A DNA stretch of 64,000 bases. It comes from an uncultured Eubacteriales bacterium (GTDB lineage Bacteria > Bacillota > Clostridia > Christensenellales > CAG-138). Under the pieces are notes generated by a model. It was not told the origin of the DNA. It was given only the letters and a program-made list of their open reading frames with translations, and did not search any database. Position 1 is the first letter of the stretch, and each line of letters begins with the position of its first letter. The position numbers and the translations under genes are program-made. Of this stretch, positions 16,773-26,764 are shown piece by piece. Location: the NCBI GenBank assembly GCA_902789675.1, contig CADAPG010000005.1, positions 868-64,867 on the forward strand. Direction: 5' to 3'.

Positions 16773-17453
16773 ATGAAGATCCTTTTGGTCAACGACGACG
16801 GCATCGACGCAGTCGGCATCCGCAGTCTCGTCGGCGCGCTTTCGAAGACGCATACGGTGTGGATCGCGGCGCCGGACCGGCAGCGGAGCGCGGCAAGCAT
16901 GTCGATGATGCTCGAGCAGCCGCTGCGCGCCGTACCGAGGCGGGTCGAAGGCGCGGCGCTTGCGTACTCCGGGATCAATCACGGACCGAACCTCGGCAGC
17001 GACACGCTTTATTCCGGCACCTGCGGGGCGGCGCAGCAGGCGGCGGTTCTCGGCGTACAGGCGATCGCGATGTCGCTGGATCGCCGCGATCCGGCGCATT
17101 TTGAAACGGCGGTCGCATGCACCGAGCGCATGATCGGGATCGTCGAAAGGCATCCGCTGCCGTTCGGGATGTTCTATAACGTCAACGTGCCCGATCTGCC
17201 GCTTGCCGAAATCAAGGGCGTTCGGGTCACGGGGCTTGCCACGGTACGCTACAGCAGCACTTATGAACGGCGCGAGGATCCGATCGGACGCCCGTATTAC
17301 TGGGTGCCGCGCGGCAAGCTGCCGTGCGATCCGGACGAGGATACCGATTACGCATGGATGAAAAAGGGATGGGTCACGGTCACGCCGATGGGCTTCCATT
17401 CCGAAAAGCTCGACGCGGTCGATCTGTCGGCGGAGTTCGGAGGCGAAGCATGA
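16773..17453 (+). CDS. surE: 5'/3'-nucleotidase SurE, lacking a conserved internal segment
   Basis: MKILLVNDDGIDAVGI and SGINHGPNLGSDTLYSGTCGAA signatures. See the finding on the missing GTPxDC segment. Confidence 0.85.
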   Translation: MKILLVNDDGIDAVGIRSLVGALSKTHTVWIAAPDRQRSAASMSMMLEQPLRAVPRRVEGAALAYSGINHGPNLGSDTLYSGTCGAAQQAAVLGVQAIAMSLDRRDPAHFETAVACTERMIGIVERHPLPFGMFYNVNVPDLPLAEIKGVRVTGLATVRYSSTYERREDPIGRPYYWVPRGKLPCDPDEDTDYAWMKKGWVTVTPMGFHSEKLDAVDLSAEFGGEA

Positions 17454-18679
17454 GAGTTGCAGTCATCGGCGGCGGCGCGGCGGGACAGCTTGCGGCAATC
17501 AAGGCGGCGGAGAACGGGCATCGGGTGACGATCTTCGAACAGAACGAAAAGCTCGGTAAGAAGCTGTTCATCACCGGCAAAGGCCGCTGCAATGTGACGA
17601 ACGCTGCAGACCGGGAGGGCTTCTTCCGGCATGTGGTAAAAAACCCGCGGTTCCTGTACAGCGCATACGCGCATTTCGACAGCGCGGCGATCATGCAGCT
17701 CATCGAGGCGGCGGGCGTGCCGCTGAAGATCGAACGCGGACAGCGCGTGTTTCCGGTCTCCGACCATTCGAGCGACATCCTGAAGGCGCTCGAAAAGACG
17801 GTTCGTTCCAGCGGGGTCGACGTGCGGCTTAACACGCGCGTGTCGGGGATCCTGACGAACGGTGAAGCGGTGTCCGGCGTGCGCGTCGGACAGACGGTCG
17901 AGCCGTTCGACGCGGTGATCCTTGCAACCGGCGGGCTTTCCTATCCGTCCACGGGCAGCACGGGCGACGGCTATCGGTTTGCGCAGGCGCTCGGGCACAC
18001 GGTCGTTCCGCCGGTGGGCTCGCTCGTTCCGTTCGAGACGGAGGAAGCGTGGTGCGCGGCGCTTTCGGGGCTGACGCTCAAGAACGTCACGCTGACCGCC
18101 TATAACTATAAAGGTAAGGAAGTCTATTCCGAGCTCGGCGAAATGCTGTTCACGCACTTCGGCGTCAGCGGACCTCTGGTGCTGTCGGCGTCCGCGCTCG
18201 TTGCGGAGGAGCCGGCGGGCACGGTGCTTTCGATCGACCTGAAGCCGGGGCTTACGGAGGAGCAGCTGGACGCAAGGCTTTTAAGGGATCTTGCGGCGAA
18301 CGCGAAAAAGACGTTCTCCGGCGCGCTGTACGGGCTGCTGCCGCAGAAGCTTCTGGGCGTCGTGCTCGACGCAGCCGGGATCGACGGAACCGCGCAGGCG
18401 GGCAACTGCACGAAGGCGCAGAGGAGAGCGCTCGTCGAAACGCTGAAGGGGCTGAAGCTGCATGTGACCGGCACGCGCCCGATCGCGGAGGCGATCGTCA
18501 CGCGCGGCGGCGTGAAGGTTGCGGAGGTCAACCCTTCCACGATGGAGTCAAAGAAGATCGCAAACCTGTATTTTGCGGGGGAGCTTCTCGATACGGACGC
18601 CTTTACGGGCGGATTCAACCTGCAGATCGCCTGGTCGACAGGCGCGCTTGCGGGCAGCAGCATTCCTACGGAGGTATAG
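17450..18679 (+). CDS. HI0933/YhiN (BaiN-like) FAD-dependent oxidoreductase
   Basis: Rossmann motif VAVIGGGAAGQLAAIKAAENG, then GKGRCNVTN. ATGA overlap with surE. The ORF-track extension to 17324 was rejected. Confidence 0.85.
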   Translation: MRVAVIGGGAAGQLAAIKAAENGHRVTIFEQNEKLGKKLFITGKGRCNVTNAADREGFFRHVVKNPRFLYSAYAHFDSAAIMQLIEAAGVPLKIERGQRVFPVSDHSSDILKALEKTVRSSGVDVRLNTRVSGILTNGEAVSGVRVGQTVEPFDAVILATGGLSYPSTGSTGDGYRFAQALGHTVVPPVGSLVPFETEEAWCAALSGLTLKNVTLTAYNYKGKEVYSELGEMLFTHFGVSGPLVLSASALVAEEPAGTVLSIDLKPGLTEEQLDARLLRDLAANAKKTFSGALYGLLPQKLLGVVLDAAGIDGTAQAGNCTKAQRRALVETLKGLKLHVTGTRPIAEAIVTRGGVKVAEVNPSTMESKKIANLYFAGELLDTDAFTGGFNLQIAWSTGALAGSSIPTEV

Positions 18680-18683
18680 TCAA

Positions 18684-19340
18684 ATGAAACCAAGCATCGG
18701 CATCGACGGACCCGCGGGCGCGGGCAAGAGCACGGTTGCAAAGCGGGTCGCAAAGATCCTGAACATCCCGTATCTCGATACGGGCGCAATGTATCGCGGC
18801 GTTGCGGTGGCGGCAAAGCGGCACGGCGTGGGCTTCACGGACGAGGAAGCGGTCGCGGCGCTGGTCGAAGCGATCGACCTTCGCGTGCAGTACACGGAAA
18901 CCGGCGAGCAGCACATCGTTGTCGACGGCGAGGACGTCACGGGAGAGCTCCGCACCGAGGAGATCGGGCAGGGCGCGTCGCTCGTGAGCCGCGTTCCCGC
19001 CGTGCGCGACCGGATGACGGAGCTGCAGCGCGAGGTGGCGCATGCGCAGCGCGTGATCATGGACGGACGCGACATCTGCACGAACGTTCTTTTCGACACG
19101 CCCTACAAGTTTTTCATCACGGCGTCGGCGGAGGAGCGCGCGAACCGGCGGTACAAGCAGCTTCTGGAGAGCGGGCAGGAAGCCGATTACGACACGATCC
19201 TGAAGGACATCATCCGCCGCGACAAACAGGACAGCGAGCGCGCCTACAAGCCGCTGTACTGCGGCGCGGACACGAAGCGGATCGACACGACGAACATGAC
19301 GATCGAGGAAGCAGTCGAAGCAATTCTTTCGGAGGTATGA
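18684..19340 (+). CDS. cmk: Cytidylate kinase
   Basis: P-loop GIDGPAGAGKST and YLDTGAMYR. Start ATG18684 (MKPSIGIDG); the upstream extension was rejected. Confidence 0.95.
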   Translation: MKPSIGIDGPAGAGKSTVAKRVAKILNIPYLDTGAMYRGVAVAAKRHGVGFTDEEAVAALVEAIDLRVQYTETGEQHIVVDGEDVTGELRTEEIGQGASLVSRVPAVRDRMTELQREVAHAQRVIMDGRDICTNVLFDTPYKFFITASAEERANRRYKQLLESGQEADYDTILKDIIRRDKQDSERAYKPLYCGADTKRIDTTNMTIEEAVEAILSEV

Positions 19341-19341
19341 T

Positions 19342-19944
19342 ATGCTGTACGTCTTTGCGTGCATCATCCTGAAGCCGATCCTCTGGCTGTACGGGCGGCC
19401 GAAGATCTACAACCGTGCGGCGCTGAAGAGCAAGGGCAAGGTGATCTATGTCAGCAACCATGTCAAGATGAGCGATCCGATCTGGATCGCGGCGATCGTG
19501 TGGCGCTGCATCCACTTCATGGCAAAGTCCACGCTGTTTTCGTCGAAGTTTATGACGACGGTCTTCCGCCTGCTTTTGTGCTTCCCGGTCAATCAGCGCA
19601 CGGCGGACACCAAGTCGATCAAGCACGCGTGCGAGCTCCTGAACAAGGGCAAGGCGTTCGGCGTGTTCCCAGAGGGACACCGTTCGGCGACGGAGACCGA
19701 TACGGACGCGTTCGACAAGGGCTGCGCGTTCATCGCGCTTCGCGCGGACGCGCCGATCGTGCCGCTGTACATCGTGCACCACGACCGGAAGTTCGGGCAA
19801 AGGCTGAAGGTCGCGGTCGGCGATCCGATCTATCCCGCCGAGGTGAAAGCGCACTGCCCGGGCAAGAAGCCGGTTGACGCCGTCAACGCGGCGATCACGG
19901 ATTCCATGATGATGCTCAGGGACATCGCGGAGAACCGTCTATGA
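19342..19944 (+). CDS. plsC: 1-acyl-sn-glycerol-3-phosphate acyltransferase
   Basis: HX4D motif (NHVKMSD) and FPEGHRS. Confidence 0.85.
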   Translation: MLYVFACIILKPILWLYGRPKIYNRAALKSKGKVIYVSNHVKMSDPIWIAAIVWRCIHFMAKSTLFSSKFMTTVFRLLLCFPVNQRTADTKSIKHACELLNKGKAFGVFPEGHRSATETDTDAFDKGCAFIALRADAPIVPLYIVHHDRKFGQRLKVAVGDPIYPAEVKAHCPGKKPVDAVNAAITDSMMMLRDIAENRL

Positions 19945-22346
19945 GGATCCTTCTCGCAAAGCACAGCGGGTTCTGCTTCGGCGTGTCGCGGGCGATCGGG
20001 CTGGTGAACAAAGCGGCGGACGGGAACGCGCGGGTCTTTACCTACGGCAGGATCATCCACAACGAGCGCGCGGTCGGCGAGCTCGAAGCGCGCGGCGTTC
20101 ATGCGGTCGATTCGATTGACATGCTCGCGGCGGGCGACACGCTGGTGATCCGGGCGCACGGCGCGCCGCCGGAGATCTTTCGCGCGTGCGAAGAAAAGGG
20201 CGTTCGCGTGATCGACGCCACGTGTCCGTTTGTGAAGCGCATCCATCGGATCGTTGAGCGGGCGGCGGAGAAGGGGGAGCGCGTCGCGATCCTCGGAAAG
20301 CCCGAGCATCCCGAGGTGATCGGGATCAGAAGCCGCGCGGGGGAGAACGCCGCGGTCCTGACGGGCGAAGCGGACGCGGAGCGGTTTCCGCCCTGCGGAT
20401 CGCTGACCTTCGTTTCGCAGACGACGGCGAAGAAGGAGACGTACGACGCGGTCCTGCGCATTCTTTCGGAAAAGATCCCGGCGCTTTCTGCGCACTGCAC
20501 GGTCTGCGACACGACGCAGCTGAGGCAGGAGGAGGCGAAGATGCTTGCAAAGCGGTGCACGCGGATTTTCGTTCTCGGCTCCGAAACGAGCGCAAACACC
20601 TGCGCTCTGTATGATTTGTGTAAAAAATCTTGCGAAAAGGCAGAAATCATCGACAATATCGGTAAAATTCCTCTTGCAAAAATCAAAGACGATGATATAA
20701 TAGGGATTATCGCAGGCGCATCGACGCCACCAGCGATGATTAGGGAGGTTAAACAAGTAATGAGCGAACTCGAAAAGACGACAGTTGAAACCATCGAAGC
20801 GGAAGCTCCCGCTGAGGTTGTCGCCGAAACCACTGAACAGGTCGTTGCGGAAGCAGAACAGGCAGTTACGGAAGCGGCAGCGGAAACAGTCGAAGCGGTC
20901 GAAGAAGTGAAAGAGACCGTCGAAGAAGCACCGGCAGTCGTGGAAGAAGCAGTCGAAGAAGCAGTTGAAGCAGCGCCCGCTGCTGTCGAGGCGGAGGCGG
21001 AAGCCGAACCCGAAACGTTTGAACAGGCCTTTGAAAAGACCGTGAAGCGGATTCGTCCGGGCCAGATGATCACGGGCACCGTGATCCAGGTGGTCGACGG
21101 CGAAGTATTTGTCAACATCGGTTACAAGGCTGACGGCGTGATTCCGAAGGGAGAATTCTCCGCGGATCCCGAAGTCCGTGCGGAAGACGTTGTCAAAGAG
21201 GGTGACAGCATCGACGTAGAAGTACTCATGGTCAACGACGGCGAAGGCAATGTCCGCCTTTCCCGCAAGAATGTCGAAGGCAGAAAGCTGATGGACGAAA
21301 TGTTCGCAGAAGACGTCGAAGGCAAGACCTTTGAGGCAGTGGTCAAGGAAGTCGTCAAGGGCGGCCTGATCGCCGATATCAACGGCGTTCGCGCGTTCGT
21401 TCCGGCTTCGCACGTTTCTACGAAATACGTTGAGAATCTCAACGACTACGTCGGCAAGACCATCAAGGTCAAGGTCCTCGAAGCGGACAAGGCAAAGAAG
21501 CGCATCGTCGCTTCCATCAAGCAGGTCCTCATCGAGGAGGCAAAGGCAGCGAAGGCGGCCAAGTGGGACGCGCTCGTCGTCGGCGAGAAGGTCCACGGCG
21601 TCGTCCGCCGCATCACCGATTTCGGCGCGTTTGTCGACATCGGCGGCCTGGACGGTCTCGTTCACGTAACGGACTGCGCATGGGGCAGAGTCAAGCATCC
21701 GAGCGACGCGCTGTCCATCGGTCAGGAGATCGAGGTTCTGATCCTCGGCGTCGACCGTGAAAAGGAACGCATCTCGCTGGGCTACAAGCAGCTCCAGCCG
21801 AAGCCCTGGACCAAGGCGGCGGAGAAGTATCCGATCGGCTCGATCGTCGAGGGCAAGGTCGTCCGCATCGTTCCGTTCGGCGCGTTCGTCGCGCTGGAGC
21901 CGACGATCGACGGTCTCATCCACATCTCTCAGGTCGGCGTACACCGCATCGAGAAGGTCGAGGACGAGATCAAGGTCGGCGACATCGTTCGCTGCAAGGT
22001 GCTCGATGTCAACGTCGAAGCAAAGCGCATCAGCCTCTCCCGCAAGGATGCTCTGATCGAGGAGAACCCCGAGATCGCGGAGCAGCTCGCGGCGGAGAAG
22101 GCGGAGCGCGAACGTGTGAACGCGGAGCGCAAGGCGCAGCGTGAGGCACAGCGCGAGCAGCAGAACAAGGAGCGCGAGGAGCGCAATGCCCGCCGCGCGC
22201 AGGACAACAACGGCGAGCGCCGCGAATCCCGTCCGGATCGCCGCCGCCGCAATTCCGAGGACGGCGAGTACGAGCTGCCCCCGGTCACGCAGACGACCAC
22301 CTCTCTGGCGAGCCTGTTTGCGAATTTCAAGGCGGAAGAGGAGTAA
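19941..22346 (+). CDS. ispH: Bifunctional IspH (HMBPP reductase) / ribosomal protein S1 fusion
   Basis: N-terminal LytB/IspH region (ATCPFVKRIH). An acidic Ala/Glu/Val linker follows. Four S1 repeats (GxV..I..FGAFV type) come next, then a charged tail. The cmk-plsC-ispH/rpsA order is typical of Clostridia. Confidence 0.9.
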   Translation: MRILLAKHSGFCFGVSRAIGLVNKAADGNARVFTYGRIIHNERAVGELEARGVHAVDSIDMLAAGDTLVIRAHGAPPEIFRACEEKGVRVIDATCPFVKRIHRIVERAAEKGERVAILGKPEHPEVIGIRSRAGENAAVLTGEADAERFPPCGSLTFVSQTTAKKETYDAVLRILSEKIPALSAHCTVCDTTQLRQEEAKMLAKRCTRIFVLGSETSANTCALYDLCKKSCEKAEIIDNIGKIPLAKIKDDDIIGIIAGASTPPAMIREVKQVMSELEKTTVETIEAEAPAEVVAETTEQVVAEAEQAVTEAAAETVEAVEEVKETVEEAPAVVEEAVEEAVEAAPAAVEAEAEAEPETFEQAFEKTVKRIRPGQMITGTVIQVVDGEVFVNIGYKADGVIPKGEFSADPEVRAEDVVKEGDSIDVEVLMVNDGEGNVRLSRKNVEGRKLMDEMFAEDVEGKTFEAVVKEVVKGGLIADINGVRAFVPASHVSTKYVENLNDYVGKTIKVKVLEADKAKKRIVASIKQVLIEEAKAAKAAKWDALVVGEKVHGVVRRITDFGAFVDIGGLDGLVHVTDCAWGRVKHPSDALSIGQEIEVLILGVDREKERISLGYKQLQPKPWTKAAEKYPIGSIVEGKVVRIVPFGAFVALEPTIDGLIHISQVGVHRIEKVEDEIKVGDIVRCKVLDVNVEAKRISLSRKDALIEENPEIAEQLAAEKAERERVNAERKAQREAQREQQNKEREERNARRAQDNNGERRESRPDRRRRNSEDGEYELPPVTQTTTSLASLFANFKAEEE

Positions 22347-22370
22347 TCTCCGCCCCGAAACAAGAAGGAA

Positions 22371-22404
22371 AAGCCGATCGGTAAAACGATCGGCTTTCTT
22401 TTTT
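22371..22404 (+). terminator. Intrinsic terminator after ispH-rpsA
   Basis: AAGCCGATCG-gtaaaa-CGATCGGCTT followed by tctttttt. Confidence 0.8.
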
Positions 22405-22562
22405 CCGATCGGCGAACGGTTCAAACTATGAAAAATATTTGAAAAATATGCGAGAATCCTCTTCCATTCTTGAAAAGTATCTGTTATAATACGTTCGTAC
22501 GTATGGCGTGCAAATTTATAATCCTGCACGGCAGGAAAAACAAATCAGGAGGAAAACAAACT

Positions 22563-23783
22563 ATGAAGAAAATCATTGCATTGCTGATGGTTCTCGCAAT
22601 GGTCTTTGCGCTGGTTGCTTGCCAGACAAAGCCCGCTGAGACGGAGAAGCCGGCAGAGCAGCCCGCGGAACAGCCGGCAGAGCAGCCCGCGGAACAGCCG
22701 GCAGAGCAGCCCGCAGAGCAGCCCGCTGAGCAGCCGGAACAGCAGGCGGCGGTCGACCCCGAGTCCATCCCGGACACGATGACGAGCGCAGACGGCAAGT
22801 ATGAGATCGCGTTCGTTACCGACGTCGGTCAGCTGAAGGACAAGTCCTTCAACCAGGGCACCTGGGAAGGCTGCAAGCTCTATGCAGCTGCACACGGTCT
22901 GTCCTACAAGTACTATCAGCCCGCGAACGCCGATCAGGCGACGGACGATGACCGCTATGACGCCATGAAGGCGGCAGCGGACGGCGGTGCGAAGATCATC
23001 GTTTGCGCAGGCTTCATGCAGGCAGGCGCACTCGAGAAGGCAGCGAAGGAATTCACGGACGTCAACTTCATCTTCATCGATGGTTGGGATCTCGGTCTTC
23101 CCAATGTTGCAGGTATCGCGTATCATGAGGAGCAGGCCGGTTACCTCGCAGGCTATGCGGTAGTCATGGAAGGCTACACCAAGCTCGGCTTCTGCGGCGG
23201 CGGCGGCGGCACCAACCCGGCATGCTGCCGTTACGGCTACGGCTTCGTCCAGGGCGCAAATGCTGCGGCAGAGAAGAAGGGCATCACCGTTGACGTGAAG
23301 TACTCCTGGCAGTACGGCGCATCCTTCTCCGCATCCCCCGAACTGCAGACCATGGCAGCGGGCTGGTACGAGAGCGGCACGGAGATCATCTTCGCTTGCG
23401 GCGGTTCCATGTTCTCCTCGATCGCAGCAGCAGCTGCTGAGAACGATGCGAAGGTCGTCGGCGTTGACGTTGACCAGTCTCCGGAATCCGACACCGTTGT
23501 TACCTCCGCGATGAAGGGTCTGTCTGCATCCGTGCAGTGGGCAATTGCGAAGAACTATGACGGCGCATGGACCGAGATCGGCGGCAACGGCACCGGCACG
23601 ATGCTGGGCGCTGAGAACGATGCAGTCGGTCTGCCGACCGCAACCTGGAGCCTCAAGAACTGGAGCGTTGAAGAGTATGAAGCTCTGTTCGCCGCAATGA
23701 AGGACGGTTCGCTCGTCGTCGACGCGAACTTCCCGGCGGATCACGTCTTCACGTTCTCCAATGCGAATGTTGAAGTTATCTGA
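22563..23783 (+). CDS. BMP-family (PnrA/Med-like) ABC transporter substrate-binding lipoprotein, copy 1
   Basis: Signal peptide with lipobox LVAC. AGGAGG lies upstream of ATG22563. A (PAEQ)x7 linker precedes the BMP-like body. Confidence 0.85.
   Translation: MKKIIALLMVLAMVFALVACQTKPAETEKPAEQPAEQPAEQPAEQPAEQPAEQPAEQPEQQAAVDPESIPDTMTSADGKYEIAFVTDVGQLKDKSFNQGTWEGCKLYAAAHGLSYKYYQPANADQATDDDRYDAMKAAADGGAKIIVCAGFMQAGALEKAAKEFTDVNFIFIDGWDLGLPNVAGIAYHEEQAGYLAGYAVVMEGYTKLGFCGGGGGTNPACCRYGYGFVQGANAAAEKKGITVDVKYSWQYGASFSASPELQTMAAGWYESGTEIIFACGGSMFSSIAAAAAENDAKVVGVDVDQSPESDTVVTSAMKGLSASVQWAIAKNYDGAWTEIGGNGTGTMLGAENDAVGLPTATWSLKNWSVEEYEALFAAMKDGSLVVDANFPADHVFTFSNANVEVI
22650..22733 (+). repeat. In-frame 12-nt tandem repeat x7 encoding (PAEQ)7
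   Basis: Read directly from ccg gca gag cag / ccc gcg gaa cag units and the translation. Confidence 0.9.
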
Positions 23784-23800
23784 TTCAACACGTCACGAAA

Positions 23801-23828
23801 AGGACTTTCTTCGGAAAGTCCTTTTTTT
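23801..23828 (+). terminator. Intrinsic terminator between the SBP and ATPase genes
   Basis: AGGACTTTC-ttcg-GAAAGTCCT followed by T6. Confidence 0.8.
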
Positions 23829-23880
23829 ATGCGCAAAAACGGGAAATGTTTCAATTTCTTCACAAATTTTTCATACAAGC

Positions 23881-23909
23881 TTGCAATTTACCCTTGCAGG
23901 AATTATAAT
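23881..23909 (+). promoter_or_regulatory. SigA-type promoter TTGCAA-N17-TATAAT for the ATPase/permease genes
   Basis: Hexamers and spacing read directly. It lies 55 nt upstream of ATG23964. Confidence 0.55.
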
Positions 23910-23963
23910 ATATGCAATACTTGTGGAAGTGTTTTCGCAAGTCACAATGAAGGAGGTGGAGTC

Positions 23964-25517
23964 ATGGAGCAAGCTCCCGAATATGTCATTGAGATGCTGC
24001 ACATTACCAAGATCTTTCCTGGTATCAAGGCAAACGATGATATTACGCTGCAGCTCAAAAAAGGCGAGATCCACGCGCTGTTGGGGGAAAACGGAGCAGG
24101 CAAGTCCACGCTGATGAGCGTTCTCTTCGGTCTGTATCAGCCGGAGGAGGGCATCATCAAGAAGGACGGCAAGGAAGTCAAGATCAACAACCCGAACGAT
24201 GCGACGGCACTGCACATCGGCATGGTGCATCAGCACTTCAAGCTGATCGACGTGTTCACGGTTCTCGACAACATCATTCTCGGCGCTGAGGATACCAAGC
24301 TCGGTTTTCTGCAGAAGAAGGAAGCGCGCAAGAAGGTCAAGGAGCTTTCGGAGCGTTACGGTCTGCACGTGGACCTCGACGCCAAGATCGAGGATATCAC
24401 GGTCGGCATGCAGCAGCGCGTCGAGATCCTCAAGATGCTCTACCGCGACAATGAGATCCTGATCTTCGACGAACCGACGGCGGTTCTGACGCCGCAGGAA
24501 ATCGAAGAGCTCATGGCGATCATGCGCGGGCTGGTGAAGGAAGGGAAGTCGATCCTGTTCATCTCCCATAAGCTGAACGAGATCATGGAGGTCTCCGACC
24601 GCGTTTCCGTTCTCCGCAAGGGCAAGTACATCGGCACGGTCAACACCAAGGACACCACAAAGGAGGAGCTGTCCTCCATGATGGTCGGACGCCCGGTCCA
24701 GCTCGTCGTCGACAAGGACGAGGCGAAGCCCGCCGAGCCGATCCTCAAGGTCGAAAACCTCACCGTTCCGTCCAAGCTGCATAAGAACAACGCCGTCAAA
24801 AACGTCACGTTCACCGCGCACGCGGGCGAGATCACCTGTATCGCGGGCATCGACGGAAACGGTCAGACCGAGCTCGTCTATGCGCTGTCCGGTCTCGAAA
24901 AGGCAAGCGGCGGCAAGATCACGCTGTGCGGCAAGGACATCACCAAGGCGTCCATCCGTCAGCGCAGCCTGACGGGCATGAGCCACATTCCCGAGGACCG
25001 TCATAAGCACGGTCTGGTGCTGGATTTCACGCTCGAACAGAACATGGTTCTCCAGCGCTACTATGAAAAGGACTTCCAGAAAGGCGGCTTCATCAAGTTC
25101 GGTGCCGTCCGCGAATACGCGAACAAGCTGATCGAACAGTTCGACATCCGCTCCGGTCAGGGCCCGATCACGATCGCGCGCTCCATGTCCGGCGGCAACC
25201 AGCAGAAGGCGATCGTCGCGCGTGAGATCGACCGCAACCTCCCGCTGATCATTGCGGTGCAGCCGACCCGCGGTCTCGACGTCGGCGCGATCGAGTTCAT
25301 CCATAAGCGTCTCGTCGAAGAGCGCGACGCGGGCAAGGCGGTCCTGCTCGTCTCGCTCGAGCTCGAAGAGGTCATGAGCCTTTCTGACCGCATCCTCGTC
25401 ATGTACGAGGGCGAGATCGTCGGCGAGCTCGATCCCAAGAAGACCACCGTGCAGGAGCTCGGCCTTTACATGGCGGGCGCCAAACGCGACGGTAAGGAAA
25501 AGGAGGAACAGGCATGA
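23964..25517 (+). CDS. ABC transporter ATP-binding protein (duplicated ATPase, sugar/nucleoside type), copy 1
   Basis: Walker [10 protein letters not shown] and signature MSGGNQQK, with two ATPase halves. AGGAGG lies 7 nt upstream of ATG23964. Confidence 0.9.
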   Translation: MEQAPEYVIEMLHITKIFPGIKANDDITLQLKKGEIHALLGENGAGKSTLMSVLFGLYQPEEGIIKKDGKEVKINNPNDATALHIGMVHQHFKLIDVFTVLDNIILGAEDTKLGFLQKKEARKKVKELSERYGLHVDLDAKIEDITVGMQQRVEILKMLYRDNEILIFDEPTAVLTPQEIEELMAIMRGLVKEGKSILFISHKLNEIMEVSDRVSVLRKGKYIGTVNTKDTTKEELSSMMVGRPVQLVVDKDEAKPAEPILKVENLTVPSKLHKNNAVKNVTFTAHAGEITCIAGIDGNGQTELVYALSGLEKASGGKITLCGKDITKASIRQRSLTGMSHIPEDRHKHGLVLDFTLEQNMVLQRYYEKDFQKGGFIKFGAVREYANKLIEQFDIRSGQGPITIARSMSGGNQQKAIVAREIDRNLPLIIAVQPTRGLDVGAIEFIHKRLVEERDAGKAVLLVSLELEEVMSLSDRILVMYEGEIVGELDPKKTTVQELGLYMAGAKRDGKEKEEQA

Positions 25518-26764
25518 GCGAATTTCTGAAGAAAAACGGAACACGCTCCGTTCTCGCAACCATCATTTCCATCCTTGTCGGTCTCATCGCCGGTTCGATC
25601 CTGATTCTGATCGTCGGTCTTTCCAGCAGCGAGATCGGTCTTTCCGGCGCATGGGAAGGCATCCGGCTGATCCTTGCGGGCACCTTCAGCACCGGACGTT
25701 CCGCGTCCGGCGCGCTGTCCTTCGGTTTTAACCCGCAGATCATCGGCAACATGCTGTTCCGCGCGGTCCCGCTGATCCTCTGCGGTCTGTCCGTCGCGCT
25801 GGCGTATAAGACGGGTCTGTTCAACATCGGTGCATCCGGTCAGTATCTGGCGGGCACCTGCGCAACGCTGTATGTGGCGCTGTCGATCCCGGCGGGCATC
25901 CTTCCGCAGTTCGTGGTATGGATCCTCGCATTCCTGGCAGGCGTCCTTGCCGGCGCGCTCTGGGGCGCGATCCCGGGCCTCCTGAAGGCGTACCTGAACA
26001 TCAACGAGGTTCTCGCCTGCATCATGACCAACTGGATCGCGGCGAACCTCGTCACCTGGATGTTCGATATCAGCAATCTCAAGAACATGGTCGAGGGCAC
26101 CAAGACCGGTTACATCTATAAGACCACCTACGGGCTTGTCAATCTCGACGGCGCGTGGACATATAAGGACGGTCTCGGCGTTGCGACGCCCAAGCTGGGT
26201 CTGAACAAGATCTTCCCGGGCTCGCAGGCGAACGCCGGCATCCTGATTGCAATCGTCATTGCGGTTGCGGTGTACATCATCCTCACCAAGACGACCTTCG
26301 GCTACGAGCTCAAGGCGTGCGGCGCAAACCGCCATGCGGCGCGTTACGCGGGCATCAAGGACAAACGCAGCATCGTCCTTTCCATGGCGATCGCGGGCGC
26401 GCTCGCCGGTTCCGCCGCGGCGCTGTACTACCTCTCCGGCAACACCGAGCTTTACTGGTCGGTCTATCAGAAGCTTCCGGCGGAGGGCTTCAACGGCATC
26501 GCGGTCGCAATGCTCGCATCCTGCAACCCGATCGCGTGTATCTTCACCGGTCTGTTCATGTCGGCGATCGACCTGCACGGTCTGCAGCTTGCAAACCTCA
26601 CGGCGTATAACGAGTACATCACGGACGTTATCATCGCGGTCATCGTGTATCTGTCCGCGTTCTCTCTGCTGATCAAGACCTGGCTCAGCGGACGCAAAAA
26701 GACCGCAGCACCGAAACCGGCAAAAGAGAATAAAGCCAATCCGGGAAAGGGGGTCGCTGAATAA
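25514..26764 (+). CDS. ABC transporter permease (BMP-type system), copy 1a
   Basis: Polytopic membrane protein. ATGA overlap with the ATPase gene. Confidence 0.85.
   Translation: MSEFLKKNGTRSVLATIISILVGLIAGSILILIVGLSSSEIGLSGAWEGIRLILAGTFSTGRSASGALSFGFNPQIIGNMLFRAVPLILCGLSVALAYKTGLFNIGASGQYLAGTCATLYVALSIPAGILPQFVVWILAFLAGVLAGALWGAIPGLLKAYLNINEVLACIMTNWIAANLVTWMFDISNLKNMVEGTKTGYIYKTTYGLVNLDGAWTYKDGLGVATPKLGLNKIFPGSQANAGILIAIVIAVAVYIILTKTTFGYELKACGANRHAARYAGIKDKRSIVLSMAIAGALAGSAAALYYLSGNTELYWSVYQKLPAEGFNGIAVAMLASCNPIACIFTGLFMSAIDLHGLQLANLTAYNEYITDVIIAVIVYLSAFSLLIKTWLSGRKKTAAPKPAKENKANPGKGVAE

Noticed and set aside
17324-17449. N-terminal extensions proposed by the ORF track. This one applies to the FAD oxidoreductase. 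The same issue affects the starts at 18519, 22470, 23829, 27894, 31086, 32482, 34882, 47596, 52937, 61274 and 42020 (minus strand).
   Set aside because: In each case a downstream start gives the canonical protein N-terminus (Rossmann fold, P-loop, lipoprotein signal peptide and so on). That start has an RBS or a stop-start overlap with the upstream gene. The extensions are Arg-rich and overlap the preceding gene or a terminator.
19830-22529. 899-aa minus-strand ORF
   Set aside because: It is antisense to the well-supported plsC end and the ispH-rpsA fusion. The translation is Arg/Asp/Leu/His-rich low complexity with no motifs, as expected for open antisense frames in high-GC DNA.
23871-25559. 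562-aa minus-strand ORF
   Set aside because: It is an exact antisense shadow of the ABC ATPase gene (Walker motifs are on the plus strand). The composition is Arg/Asp/Leu-rich.
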